Source: an uncultured Candidatus Saccharibacteria bacterium (lineage in GTDB: Bacteria > Patescibacteriota > Minisyncoccia > Portnoybacterales > UBA2143). Taken from it: 44,093 nt of DNA. Location: assembly GCA_964565215.1 (NCBI GenBank), contig CAZMCO010000004.1:1-44093 (forward strand), read 5' to 3'. The notes below the pieces were generated by a model that was not told where the DNA came from, did not search any database, and saw only the letters and a list, made by a program, of their open reading frames with translations. Each line of letters opens with the position of its first letter. Positions within the stretch are counted from its first letter, which is position 1. Both the position numbers and the translations under genes were made by a program. Of the stretch, positions 24,812 to 34,535 are shown in pieces.

Positions 24812-25828
24812 CTATTTGTCAAGGAAAAGCTTTTGGGCTTCCTGCCAAATAGCCTTATTGCCCTTGATTTCTTTGAGCCAATACCACCATTCAGCTCCCC
24901 ATAAATAGGCCTCATCAAAACCAGTTCGTTGAGTATAATCAATTATTTCTTTAAATTTTTCTAAATTCATTGACTTGTTTTGTTCTTCTAAAGGCGTTTC
25001 ATAAATCATTTTTGGTCCCCAAGGTTCCGCTTGAAGCTCAACAATAATTACTCTATCTATTCCAGTAATCCATTTGGCTATCTTGGCCCTTTTATAATAA
25101 AAAACTGGCGTGAGAGGATATGTAAAATATCGGTTGATTTTGTCAATCCAAACAGTCCGATAAAGAGTCGTTCCTAGAATATCAGCTCGCCAAGCTGGCT
25201 CAATCCAACTGCTTAGTTCTCCGCTGGCGCTGACAATAATTGGTCGTTGGTCAAAATCTAATTGCCGAACCAAAGCAATCTCTTTGTCTAAAAATTGTTT
25301 ATCTAATTTTGGGCATCGGCCAAAGCCTTTTAAGAATGGCTCATTTTCCACCTGCCAGGCCTTAATAGTTTTATTGTCTTGATAATGATTAACTATTTCA
25401 GTTAGAAGCAATAAAAGTCGTTCTTGTTGTTCTGATTCGCTTAAATTTCTTGCCCAATCCGGTATATGACATTCGGGCCAACGAGGTAGTTTCCGACCAA
25501 TAACTAAAATAACCTCGGCGCCTCTTTTGGCGGCCTGGGAAATCTGCCAATCTAAATCAGTAAAAGAATATTCCCCTTGGTTAGGTTCAATTTTTGGCCA
25601 ATAAGCAATCAAGCGTAACTTCTTTACTTTTAAATCATCAAGTATGTTCAGATAAGCTTCTGGCCAGTCCAGTCCCATTTTTTCAGCAAAAATTTGGCTG
25701 AAAGTAATGCCGAAAGTAATATCTGTGACAGTTGGCGCCTGACCAGTGACCAAATAAATCAGCAAGCCAACTAAACAAAAAATAACTAAGATAACAAATA
25801 AAATAATGATATGAAAAATAGATTTCAT
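24812..25828 (-). CDS. Membrane-anchored clan GH-A glycoside hydrolase (GH5/GH42-like)
   Basis: N-terminal TM; RLIAYW..IEP, QVENEP (acid/base), ELQAEPW (nucleophile), LWG. Confidence 0.8.
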   Translation of the reverse strand: MKSIFHIIILFVILVIFCLVGLLIYLVTGQAPTVTDITFGITFSQIFAEKMGLDWPEAYLNILDDLKVKKLRLIAYWPKIEPNQGEYSFTDLDWQISQAAKRGAEVILVIGRKLPRWPECHIPDWARNLSESEQQERLLLLLTEIVNHYQDNKTIKAWQVENEPFLKGFGRCPKLDKQFLDKEIALVRQLDFDQRPIIVSASGELSSWIEPAWRADILGTTLYRTVWIDKINRYFTYPLTPVFYYKRAKIAKWITGIDRVIIVELQAEPWGPKMIYETPLEEQNKSMNLEKFKEIIDYTQRTGFDEAYLWGAEWWYWLKEIKGNKAIWQEAQKLFLDK

Positions 25829-25832
25829 AATC

Positions 25833-26744
25833 TTAAAAAGCCAAAATTCCCAAACCTAAACTAATAAGCAAAATAGCAATAATTTTTTGAGTAATCACCC
25901 TTCCAGTAATTTGTTCTCTTAAAATTTGAGGGAATTTTTTAGAAAGAATAACTGTCATGATAAAAAGAAAAGCATATTGAATTCCCTGAAGGGCATTGAC
26001 TAAAGTAACACTACCTAAAAAAATAGCATAATTAAGTAGAATAAAAGCCAGACCAGCTATTCCTTTATTGATTGAAAATAAACCAATTGTTTTAATTTTA
26101 ATTGCCTTAGTCGTATCCAAAATTATTTGGCGATTACTTGGCCAAAAGAATATTAAACAGGCTCCTAAAAAACCACCTAGGCGAATCCAGATAAAACCGT
26201 TGATAAAAGACTGATAAGTAAAAACAAATTTAGTTAGAACAAAGGAACTAGCAAAAAGAAAAGCGGCTAAAAGAGCGATAAATAGACCTCTGATTAAAAA
26301 AGTTTCAGGTAATTCTGAAATCTTTTTGTGTCTCTTGGGCCAAAGTATAATCATTCCGCCAATAACCATCAAAGAAAAAGCAATCGATTGATTAATTAGT
26401 AAGCGTTCTCCTAAAAACAGATGAGTTAAAATCAAAGTAAAAACAGGTATGGCTCCGCCAACCACCGGAGCGATTTTTGATACTTCACTTAAGCGAAATG
26501 ATTTATAAAGAAAGATGAGGCCGAAAATAAATAAAGCACCAGCTATAAAACTAGCTATAATTTGCTCAAGAGGCGGAATAATAAAACCAAAGGGAATTAA
26601 GACAAGAACAAAAATTTCTAAGAGACCAATATAAAAAGCATAAACTATTGGGTTAAGAACGGTCTTAGAAAGAAGAAATTTATCAATAATAAAAACCAGA
26701 GCAAAAATAAAATGAGCCGTAATGGCAATAAAAAGCCAGTTCAT
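25833..26744 (-). CDS. DMT/EamA superfamily transporter
   Basis: About 10 TM in two repeats; IDKFLL, EVSKIAP, FLGERL. Confidence 0.85.
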   Translation of the reverse strand: MNWLFIAITAHFIFALVFIIDKFLLSKTVLNPIVYAFYIGLLEIFVLVLIPFGFIIPPLEQIIASFIAGALFIFGLIFLYKSFRLSEVSKIAPVVGGAIPVFTLILTHLFLGERLLINQSIAFSLMVIGGMIILWPKRHKKISELPETFLIRGLFIALLAAFLFASSFVLTKFVFTYQSFINGFIWIRLGGFLGACLIFFWPSNRQIILDTTKAIKIKTIGLFSINKGIAGLAFILLNYAIFLGSVTLVNALQGIQYAFLFIMTVILSKKFPQILREQITGRVITQKIIAILLISLGLGILAF

Positions 26745-27862
26745 AATTTATTTTCCTGACAAATTTTAGCGTAGATTTTGGCGCTGGGCCGAATTTTTCG
26801 CTCTAAAGTTTTATAATCAACTTCGACCAAACCAAATCTAGGCCAAAAACCTTTATCCCATTCAAAATTATCCAACAAAGACCAGTAAAAGTAGCCGCGG
26901 ACATCAACCCCCTCTTGAATAGCTCGCTGAACCCAAAATAAATGGCCTTTGATAAATTTAGCCCGTTGTTTATCTTTTTCATCAGCTAAGCCATTTTCAG
27001 TAATATAGATTGGCTTATTATATTTTCTTAAATCTTTTAAAAGATGGTAAATACCTTTAGGATAAAATCCCCAACCGAGATCAGTGACTGGTAATTTTCT
27101 CTTTTTAAAAAATCGATGATGAAAATAGTAATTTAAACCAATAAAATCTTGTTCATCTTTTATTTTCTTTAAAAAATAACTATTCCAAAAGTAATCAGCT
27201 AAAGGACTTCTGTCAAAATAAACATTATTTTTAGCGATTCCTACCTGACAATCTAAATCAATCAAATGCAAAGAACGATAAGCTAATTGATGAGCTCTGG
27301 CCAAATTATTAAGCACTTTGAAATATTTCAAAATACTTCTTTTTTGCGGCGGCCAAACACCCCTTAAAAAAGAATTAGAAGCGTAAACATTGGGCTCGTT
27401 TATAGTAATCCAGAAATTGACTTGGTCAAATAAATTTTGACTGACTATTTTAACAAAACGGTCAAAATAATAGGGTGTTTTTTTATTAAGCCAGCCCCCT
27501 TTTTGAGCTAACCAAACTGGCAAGGTCCAATGATAAAGCGTAACAAACGGTTCAAGTCCCCGTTCTTTTAAAGATAAAAGAACTTGTCGGTAATGCTCAA
27601 TTTCTCTTCGATTAAGCTTGCCTTCTTTTGGCTCAAGGCGCGACCATTCAATAGAAAAACGATGAGCCTTATGATTAAGTGACTTAGCCATATCAAAATC
27701 CTCTCTAAAACGATTGTAATGATCACAGGCCCGGCCAGAATTGGCAATTTCAGGTTTTGACTTTTCCCATTCGCTCCAATCATTAAAATTACCACCTTCA
27801 ACCTGATGGGATGAAGTGGCTGACCCCCAATAAAAATTGTCGGGAAATCTTATTTCTGACAT
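26741..27862 (-). CDS. Glycoside hydrolase family 1 (beta-glucosidase)
   Basis: WGSATSSHQVEG, RFSIEWSR, TINEP, YITENG, WSLLDNFEW. Confidence 0.96.
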   Translation of the reverse strand: MSEIRFPDNFYWGSATSSHQVEGGNFNDWSEWEKSKPEIANSGRACDHYNRFREDFDMAKSLNHKAHRFSIEWSRLEPKEGKLNRREIEHYRQVLLSLKERGLEPFVTLYHWTLPVWLAQKGGWLNKKTPYYFDRFVKIVSQNLFDQVNFWITINEPNVYASNSFLRGVWPPQKRSILKYFKVLNNLARAHQLAYRSLHLIDLDCQVGIAKNNVYFDRSPLADYFWNSYFLKKIKDEQDFIGLNYYFHHRFFKKRKLPVTDLGWGFYPKGIYHLLKDLRKYNKPIYITENGLADEKDKQRAKFIKGHLFWVQRAIQEGVDVRGYFYWSLLDNFEWDKGFWPRFGLVEVDYKTLERKIRPSAKIYAKICQENKL

Positions 27863-28665
27863 TTAGGACAAAAATGAGCTGAACGACCGTTTATTTTAAG
27901 TCGTTTAATTTTAGTCTGACAAATAAAACAAGGTTGACCTTCTCGCTGATAAACCTTAACTAAAGGTAAATAATCACCCTGTTTTCCTTGAATATCAACA
28001 TAAGTATCAGTTGAAGTGCCACCTCGACTGATAGCTAAAGACAAGATTTTTTTAATTCCTTGATAAATTCTTTTTATTTCTATTGGCTTAAGAGTGCTGG
28101 CTTTTCTAAATGGCAAAACTCGAGCTAAAAACAAAATCTCATCGCTATAAAGATTGCCGATACCGGCCAGAAAACTTTGATCCATTAAAAGCGGCTTAAT
28201 TTTAGCCCTTTTTCTTTTGTTTAATAATTCTTTAAATAAATTAAGAGTAAAATCTTTAAATAATGGTTCAGGACCGAATTTTTCTTTTTTGAGAAAATCA
28301 GCTAAATCTTTTTTGGCAATTACTTTGACAAAACCGAATCGCCGCAAATCATTGTGAAGCAAATGACTTCCGTCAGTAAAATGATAAATCAGATGAGTAT
28401 GTTTATCAGGGATGCCATTAAATATTATTTGGCCGGTTAATTTTAAATGGATGACCAGACAATAATCGTTAGATAATTCAATAATCAGCAATTTAGCCCG
28501 CCGATTAATCTTTTTGATTTTTGCTCCGGCAACAAGCTTTTTGAATTTTTGTTGAGGGTATTTAACAAACCGCGGCAAAAACACTTCCACGGTTTTTATT
28601 TTCTTCCCCTTAATCTTTCTACTTAACTGTCTTTTAATTGTCTCGACCTCGGGCAATTCAGGCAT
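27850..28665 (-). CDS. mutM: Formamidopyrimidine-DNA glycosylase
   Basis: MPELPEVE, HLKLTG, GIGNLYSDE, C-terminal CxxC..CxxCQ zinc finger. Confidence 0.97.
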   Translation of the reverse strand: MPELPEVETIKRQLSRKIKGKKIKTVEVFLPRFVKYPQQKFKKLVAGAKIKKINRRAKLLIIELSNDYCLVIHLKLTGQIIFNGIPDKHTHLIYHFTDGSHLLHNDLRRFGFVKVIAKKDLADFLKKEKFGPEPLFKDFTLNLFKELLNKRKRAKIKPLLMDQSFLAGIGNLYSDEILFLARVLPFRKASTLKPIEIKRIYQGIKKILSLAISRGGTSTDTYVDIQGKQGDYLPLVKVYQREGQPCFICQTKIKRLKINGRSAHFCPKCQK

Positions 28666-28667
28666 AT

Positions 28668-29720
28668 TTACTTAGGCGGTTCTTCGTAACGAGTGCTGAC
28701 TAAAACATCTCCTAAAGCATCTATATCTTCTAAAACCATACCTGTGCCGCGGACGACCGCTGTCAAAGCGTCTTCTACTAATTTAACCGGCATTTCAGTT
28801 TGTTCAGCAATCAATTCGTTCAATCCCCGCAATAAGCCGCCTCCGCCAACCAAAAAAATTCTCCGATGCATAATATCAGCCACTAATTCCGGTGGGGTTT
28901 CTTCAATAGTTCCCTTAATAGCATTAACCAAAATTTTAACTGAACGGCTTAAGGCCTTGCGAATTTGACTATCATCAACAGCGACTTCTTTGGGTAATCC
29001 GGTAACCAGATCGCGGCCGCGCATAGTCGTCTCTAATGTTTCCTCTAAAGGATAAGCTGAACCAACCGCTAATTTAATATCTTCAGCTGTTTTTTCGCCT
29101 AAAAGAAGATTAAATTCATCTCGGGCATACTGAATAATATCTTCGTTAAGTTTATCGCCAGCCACCCGCAAACTCTTGCTGACGACAATACCACCCAAGG
29201 AGATAACCGCTACTTCAGTAGTCCCGCCGCCAATATCAACAATCATATTGCCAGCTGCCTCTTGAACAGGTAATCTTATGCCGATGGCGGCCGCCATCGG
29301 CTCTTCAATTAAATAAACTTCTCTAGCCCCAGCACTCCGAGTAGCATCCTCAACTGCTTTCTTTTCCACTTCAGTCACTCCAGAAGGAACACCGATAGCT
29401 ATCCGTGGTCGAGGTAAAATAGAAAAGCTCTCCCGATGAACCTTATCAATAAAAAACTTAAGCATTTGTTCAGTTACTTCAAAATCAGAAACTACCCCAG
29501 CTATCAAAGGACGAGAAGCGATAATATGACCAGGTGTCCGACCAACCATTTTTTTAGCTTCTTGACCAATAGATAAAATCTGACCGGTTTTTTGATTGAT
29601 AGCTACTACTGATGGCTCATTAATAACAATCCCCCGTCCCTTAACATAAACCAACGTATTAGCCGTGCCTAAATCAATGCCAATATCTTTGGAAAAGAAA
29701 CCAAAAAGATTATTTAACAT
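28668..29720 (-). CDS. mreB: Rod shape-determining protein MreB (copy 1)
   Basis: GIDLGTAN, EPSVVA, EEPMAAAIG, DIGGGT. Confidence 0.96.
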   Translation of the reverse strand: MLNNLFGFFSKDIGIDLGTANTLVYVKGRGIVINEPSVVAINQKTGQILSIGQEAKKMVGRTPGHIIASRPLIAGVVSDFEVTEQMLKFFIDKVHRESFSILPRPRIAIGVPSGVTEVEKKAVEDATRSAGAREVYLIEEPMAAAIGIRLPVQEAAGNMIVDIGGGTTEVAVISLGGIVVSKSLRVAGDKLNEDIIQYARDEFNLLLGEKTAEDIKLAVGSAYPLEETLETTMRGRDLVTGLPKEVAVDDSQIRKALSRSVKILVNAIKGTIEETPPELVADIMHRRIFLVGGGGLLRGLNELIAEQTEMPVKLVEDALTAVVRGTGMVLEDIDALGDVLVSTRYEEPPK

Positions 29721-30933
29721 AGTTGTAAAGTTTATCTATCTTGACTAATTCCGTCTTATCACTATCTCGTTTCTTTAGCTCGATTGAATCTTTAGCAATG
29801 GTCTTTTGACTAATAAGCAAACGCATAGGAATGCCAATTAAGTCCGCTTCAGCAAATTTCTCACCCGGACTCTTTTGACGGTCATCATATAGTACTTCTA
29901 GACCATTTTTTTGCAAATCTTCATAAATTTGCTCTACTTTTTTGTCATTAATTAAAGTTAATAAATGAATTTGAAAAGGAGCCACTGATCTTGGCCAAAT
30001 AATTCCTTTCTGGTCATGAAAGGCCTCAACAATTGCCGCCATTAATCTACCCAAACCAATCCCGTAACAACCCATAACAATTGGCTTTGGCTGACCTCCC
30101 TGGTCAACAAAATTAGCTGACATGGCCTGACTATATTTTGTTCCTAAATAAAAAGTATGACCGACTTCAATACAATTCTTTTTTTCCAACAGGCCATTGC
30201 ATTGAGGGCATTTCTTAATATTACCTACTTTCTCAGTATTAGCTCCGTATTCACATTTAGAACAAACAACTATTTTATCTTCGCCTGTTTTAGCGATAAG
30301 CATAAATTCATGAGATAAGCTGCCGCCGATAGTCCCTGACTCTGCTTCTACGGCGATTACTTTTAAACCACAATATTTAAATATCTTTAAATAACTTTGC
30401 TTAACTTTTTCATAAAAAGCTATCGCCTCTTTTTCAGAAGTATGAAAACTATAAAGGTCTTTCATAATAAATTCACGGACTCGTAAAAGACCGCCAGCGG
30501 CTCGCATCTCATTACGGAATTTATTCTGAATCTGATAAAGATAAAGAGGTAAATCCTGATATGATTTAATCCTTTTCCTAACTAAATCAGTAATCACCTC
30601 TTCATGGGTGGGACCTAAGCCATATTCTTTTTGATGACGGTCTTTAATTTTAAAAAGAGGAGGATCAATGGTTTTCCAGCGACCAGTCTCTTGCCATAAG
30701 CTTTGGGGAATCAAAGAAGGCATAAGCAATTCCTGCCCGTCTAAATTATTCATTTCTTCTCTAATAATCTTCTCTATTTTCTGCTCAACTTGCCAGCCCA
30801 AAGGTAAAAAACTGTAAATACCAGCCGCCGTCTGGTCAATAAAATCACCTCGAATTAAATACTGATGACTGATGGTCTCGGTTCCCTTAGGAGCTTCTTT
30901 TTTAGCTTTAGCAAAAAGCTTTGATTGACGCAT
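29710..30933 (-). CDS. proS: Proline--tRNA ligase (short form without editing domain)
   Basis: GPTHEE, KFRNE.R, REFIMKD, IEVGH, MGCYGIG; 407 aa. Confidence 0.96.
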   Translation of the reverse strand: MRQSKLFAKAKKEAPKGTETISHQYLIRGDFIDQTAAGIYSFLPLGWQVEQKIEKIIREEMNNLDGQELLMPSLIPQSLWQETGRWKTIDPPLFKIKDRHQKEYGLGPTHEEVITDLVRKRIKSYQDLPLYLYQIQNKFRNEMRAAGGLLRVREFIMKDLYSFHTSEKEAIAFYEKVKQSYLKIFKYCGLKVIAVEAESGTIGGSLSHEFMLIAKTGEDKIVVCSKCEYGANTEKVGNIKKCPQCNGLLEKKNCIEVGHTFYLGTKYSQAMSANFVDQGGQPKPIVMGCYGIGLGRLMAAIVEAFHDQKGIIWPRSVAPFQIHLLTLINDKKVEQIYEDLQKNGLEVLYDDRQKSPGEKFAEADLIGIPMRLLISQKTIAKDSIELKKRDSDKTELVKIDKLYNYVK

Positions 30934-30937
30934 AGAA

Positions 30938-31996
30938 TTAAAATATTCTAACTATATCTCGCCAGGTTACAGCAATCATTAATAAAATCAAAATAGCAAA
31001 GCCAGCCGTGTGAGCAATCCTTTCCACTTTTTGGCTGACTGGCGAACCTTTAATTTTCTCAATAGCCAAAAATAGCAAACGGCCGCCGTCCAGAGCCGGA
31101 AAAGGCAAAATATTAATAATAGCTAAATTAATGCTTATCAGAGCTGTTAATTGTAAAAGATAAATAAAACCAAGCTGGGCTGCCTGACCAGTCAAGTTAA
31201 AGATGCCAACTGGTCCGGCTATTTCTATGGCTAATCGACCGGTCATCATTAACTGCCAAAGGAGACCGCCTAAAGCAACTATAATCAACCAAGTTAAGTT
31301 AACCGTACTGGTAATACCCATAATCAAAGCTCGATACCAAGGATAAGAAATAATAGCTGTTCTGGCTAAAGCAATACCCAAGGGACCTTCATTTTCAGGA
31401 TGATTAACTCGCGGCACTAAAGTTTTTTCTAAAACTTCATCTCCTCTTTGAATAGTTAGAGTAATTTCCTGACCTTTATGTTCATCAACAAATTTTTGCA
31501 TATCAGCCACTTTATTAAATTGAGTAATTATATCTCCCATTTTAATCCCAGCCTGGCTGGCTGGCGAATCAAAAACCACTTGGGTAATTTGAATCCTGAC
31601 TCCTTCTAAGTTAGTCGTCTGGTCATCAACCATAGCCGGCAGACCTAACCAATAACCCAGGCTTAAAAGGAAAGCGGCTAAAAGCAAATTCATGGTTACT
31701 CCAGCAAGCAAAATAACGGCTCTAGTTCTAATCGGCTTATTATAAAAAGCTCTTTCGTCTTTATTCTTCGCTGTCCTACCTTCTTCGCCGTGAATCTTAA
31801 CAAAACCACCAATAGGCAAAAGATTTAAAGAATAAATTGTCTCTCCTTTTTTAATACCAAAAATCCTTGGCGGAAAACCAAAACCAAATTCTTCTACTTT
31901 GACGCCAGCTCGTTTGGCTACAATAAAATGACCAAATTCATGGACGAAAATAAGCAGACCAAGTATTAGAATGAAAACAATGATGGTTGTCAGCAT
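30938..31996 (-). CDS. rseP: RIP metalloprotease RseP
   Basis: HEFGH, PDZ region, NILPFPALDGG. Confidence 0.95.
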   Translation of the reverse strand: MLTTIIVFILILGLLIFVHEFGHFIVAKRAGVKVEEFGFGFPPRIFGIKKGETIYSLNLLPIGGFVKIHGEEGRTAKNKDERAFYNKPIRTRAVILLAGVTMNLLLAAFLLSLGYWLGLPAMVDDQTTNLEGVRIQITQVVFDSPASQAGIKMGDIITQFNKVADMQKFVDEHKGQEITLTIQRGDEVLEKTLVPRVNHPENEGPLGIALARTAIISYPWYRALIMGITSTVNLTWLIIVALGGLLWQLMMTGRLAIEIAGPVGIFNLTGQAAQLGFIYLLQLTALISINLAIINILPFPALDGGRLLFLAIEKIKGSPVSQKVERIAHTAGFAILILLMIAVTWRDIVRIF

Positions 31997-31997
31997 A

Positions 31998-32555
31998 TTA
32001 TATTTTCGTTATCTCTTCCTCTTTCTTCTCACCTATTCCTTCAATCTTTTTATTATATTCATCAATTACTTTCTGTAATTCATCCTTGGCTCTAAATTTA
32101 TCGTCTTCAGAAATTTTTCCCTGGTGTTCTAAATCCTGAATTTCTTTCCAAACTTCCTCTCGTTGTCGACGAAGACTAATTCGACACTCTTCTAATTTCT
32201 CTTGAAGAATCTTAATTAATTCTCGTCGTCGTTCCTCACTCAAGGGAGGGATTTTTAAACGAATAAATTCTTCTTCAACTATTGAACTAAATCCTAATTT
32301 TGACTGGCTAATTGCCTTGGCAATGTCTTTAAGAATGTTTTTATCCCAAGGTCGAATAAGGATTGATCTTGGTTCTGGTGTCTGAATAGCCGCTAATTGC
32401 TTCAAGGGCATCCGTTGGTTATAACACTCTACTTCAAGATCTTCAATTAAGCTGGGAGTAGCCCGGCCAACCCGTAGACCAGCCAACTCTTTTTTAAGGT
32501 AGTCAATGGTTCTATCAAAATTGGGCCTTAGTTTGTTGATGGGTTCTTGATACAT
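31998..32555 (-). CDS. frr: Ribosome recycling factor
   Basis: LRVGRATP, PWDK, PPLSEERR, ISEDD. Confidence 0.96.
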   Translation of the reverse strand: MYQEPINKLRPNFDRTIDYLKKELAGLRVGRATPSLIEDLEVECYNQRMPLKQLAAIQTPEPRSILIRPWDKNILKDIAKAISQSKLGFSSIVEEEFIRLKIPPLSEERRRELIKILQEKLEECRISLRRQREEVWKEIQDLEHQGKISEDDKFRAKDELQKVIDEYNKKIEGIGEKKEEEITKI

Positions 32556-33437
32556 TTATAGTTCCAGCATCATAACTTCTAAAGCTAAACGAGCGTTAAT
32601 GCTCGGGTTAGCTAAAAGTAAATCTGTTTTTTTTATTGCTTGAATAATGGCCCTTAATTTAACCAAAGAATAACAATCTTTATATGTATTTGTTTCTGGA
32701 TAAATAACTAAATCACCGCAACCAACAGATAATAATAGTAAATCCCTAAACCAAAAGAGCCAAGCGCTAAGAACCCGACGGGCCCGGGGCACATCTTTAG
32801 CTATTTTTTCAATATATTGATAACGCTCATTTAGGCCAGCTCTGATTAATTTTTCTAATTGACTGATAATTTTATTTTGATTTTCCAATAGAGTTGGATT
32901 TTCTAAATACTGAATAGCTAAACCGGGCCGGCCATTAGCTAGGCGGATGATTCTTGAATCTTTAATTCTCTTTTTTATTTCTTCTTCTTTTACGGGCAAA
33001 AACTTAATTATCTGACAGCGTGAGATAATAGTCGGTAAAAGCATTTGTGAGTTAGAAGTGATTAAGATCAAGACAGCCTGGCCAGTCGGCTCTTCTAAAG
33101 TTTTCAAGAGACAATTACTCGCCTCCGGCGTCATTCTGTCAACTTTATCAATTAAAGCAATTTTATAATTTGCTCGATATGGAAATAAACTCATCTGATA
33201 TTGAATCTTTCTTACTTGATCAATGCCAATCTGATCGGCTGGCTTTGGTTCAACAATTAAAATATCTGGATGAACTGCCTGTTCTATTTCTTGTCCATTC
33301 AACATTTTAATAAATTCTAAAGCAACTGTTTTTTTGCCTAAATGAGCTTGTCCGGTGAATAAATAAGCATGAGCCAATCTCTTATTTTTAATACTTTTTT
33401 TTAAAAACTCTAAAATCCGATGATGACCAATAATCAT
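32556..33437 (-). CDS. holB: DNA polymerase III delta' subunit
   Basis: HAYLFTG, HPD, NCLLKTLEEP, LPTIISRC. Confidence 0.92.
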   Translation of the reverse strand: MIIGHHRILEFLKKSIKNKRLAHAYLFTGQAHLGKKTVALEFIKMLNGQEIEQAVHPDILIVEPKPADQIGIDQVRKIQYQMSLFPYRANYKIALIDKVDRMTPEASNCLLKTLEEPTGQAVLILITSNSQMLLPTIISRCQIIKFLPVKEEEIKKRIKDSRIIRLANGRPGLAIQYLENPTLLENQNKIISQLEKLIRAGLNERYQYIEKIAKDVPRARRVLSAWLFWFRDLLLLSVGCGDLVIYPETNTYKDCYSLVKLRAIIQAIKKTDLLLANPSINARLALEVMMLEL

Positions 33438-33446
33438 AGAGTTATT

Positions 33447-34535
33447 TTAACATAACCCATTGTTTTGCTCAACTGCTTCTATAATAAACTCCTTGATTTC
33501 TCTTTCAAACCTTTCCTGGGAGAATTTTTCGGCTCTTTTTTTAATAACTAAAGGACTATAATTATTAAGGTTTAGGCGCAGACGGCGAACGCCGTCTGCT
33601 AAAGATTCAGTCACTGGGTCATCAAAAAACTCACCAGTTATTCCTTCTAAGATTGTCTCAATGGCCCCTCCTTGGCGATAAGCCAAAACCGGCTTGCCAA
33701 AGTTCATCGCCTCTACCGGAGCAATACCAAAATCATCCTCGCCAGGAAAAATAAAAGCAATACAGTTTTGCAGATACTGTTTAACTATCTCATCTGTTTG
33801 CCAACCTAGAAATTTAATATTTCGCTGGGCCATTTTTTGCAGTCGTTCTCTGTCCCGACCCTGACCAATAATTACCAAAGGTAACTCCAATTTATTAAAC
33901 GCATCAATAGCCAAATCAATCCGCTTGTAAGGAGTCAATTGAGAGACAATTAGAAAGTATTCTCCCTTAGCTTGCTTGATCTTGTCAGATATATCTACTG
34001 GCGGATAAATTACTTTGGCCTGTCGGTCGTAATATTTTTTAATCCGCTGAGCCGTCATCTTGGAATTAGCCATAAAATAGTCAACTCGATTAGCCGCTGT
34101 CCTGTCCCACATCCGCAAATAATGGAAAAGTATTCTTTTAAAAAATGAAGGACCACCATTATATTGTGAAGCATAATCCCATAAAAAACGAGCTGGATTA
34201 TGACAATAACAAATGTGAATGGCCTTAGGTCGGAGAATTAATCCTTTAACAAAAGCACTGGCCGAAGAAATAATTAAGTCAAAATCTCTTAAATCAAGCG
34301 ATTCCACAGCCGCTGGCATCAAAGGAGCCAATAACCTATGGTATCTTCGAGAAAAAGGAAAATTTTGCAAAAAAGAAGTATGGATTTTGGTATTAGGAAA
34401 ATATTTTCCCATTTTTTTCTCATCATAAAGCAAAGTATAAATTGCTGCCTGAGGAAAAATTTTCTTCAAATTTAAAAGGACCCTCTCGGCCCCTCCGAAT
34501 CTAATTAGATAATCATGAACCAAAGCTATTTTCAT
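33447..34535 (-). CDS. GT4 family glycosyltransferase
   Basis: MKIALVHD..GGAE, YCH.P.R, DDFGIAPVEAM; start 34535 overlaps the upstream stop. Confidence 0.92.
   Translation of the reverse strand: MKIALVHDYLIRFGGAERVLLNLKKIFPQAAIYTLLYDEKKMGKYFPNTKIHTSFLQNFPFSRRYHRLLAPLMPAAVESLDLRDFDLIISSASAFVKGLILRPKAIHICYCHNPARFLWDYASQYNGGPSFFKRILFHYLRMWDRTAANRVDYFMANSKMTAQRIKKYYDRQAKVIYPPVDISDKIKQAKGEYFLIVSQLTPYKRIDLAIDAFNKLELPLVIIGQGRDRERLQKMAQRNIKFLGWQTDEIVKQYLQNCIAFIFPGEDDFGIAPVEAMNFGKPVLAYRQGGAIETILEGITGEFFDDPVTESLADGVRRLRLNLNNYSPLVIKKRAEKFSQERFEREIKEFIIEAVEQNNGLC

Noticed and set aside
33578-33599. Perfect palindrome GCAGACGGCG-AA-CGCCGTCTGC in the GT4 gene
   Set aside because: Encodes ADGVRRL within the normal C-terminal helix with no sign of insertion and no second copy; probably coincidental
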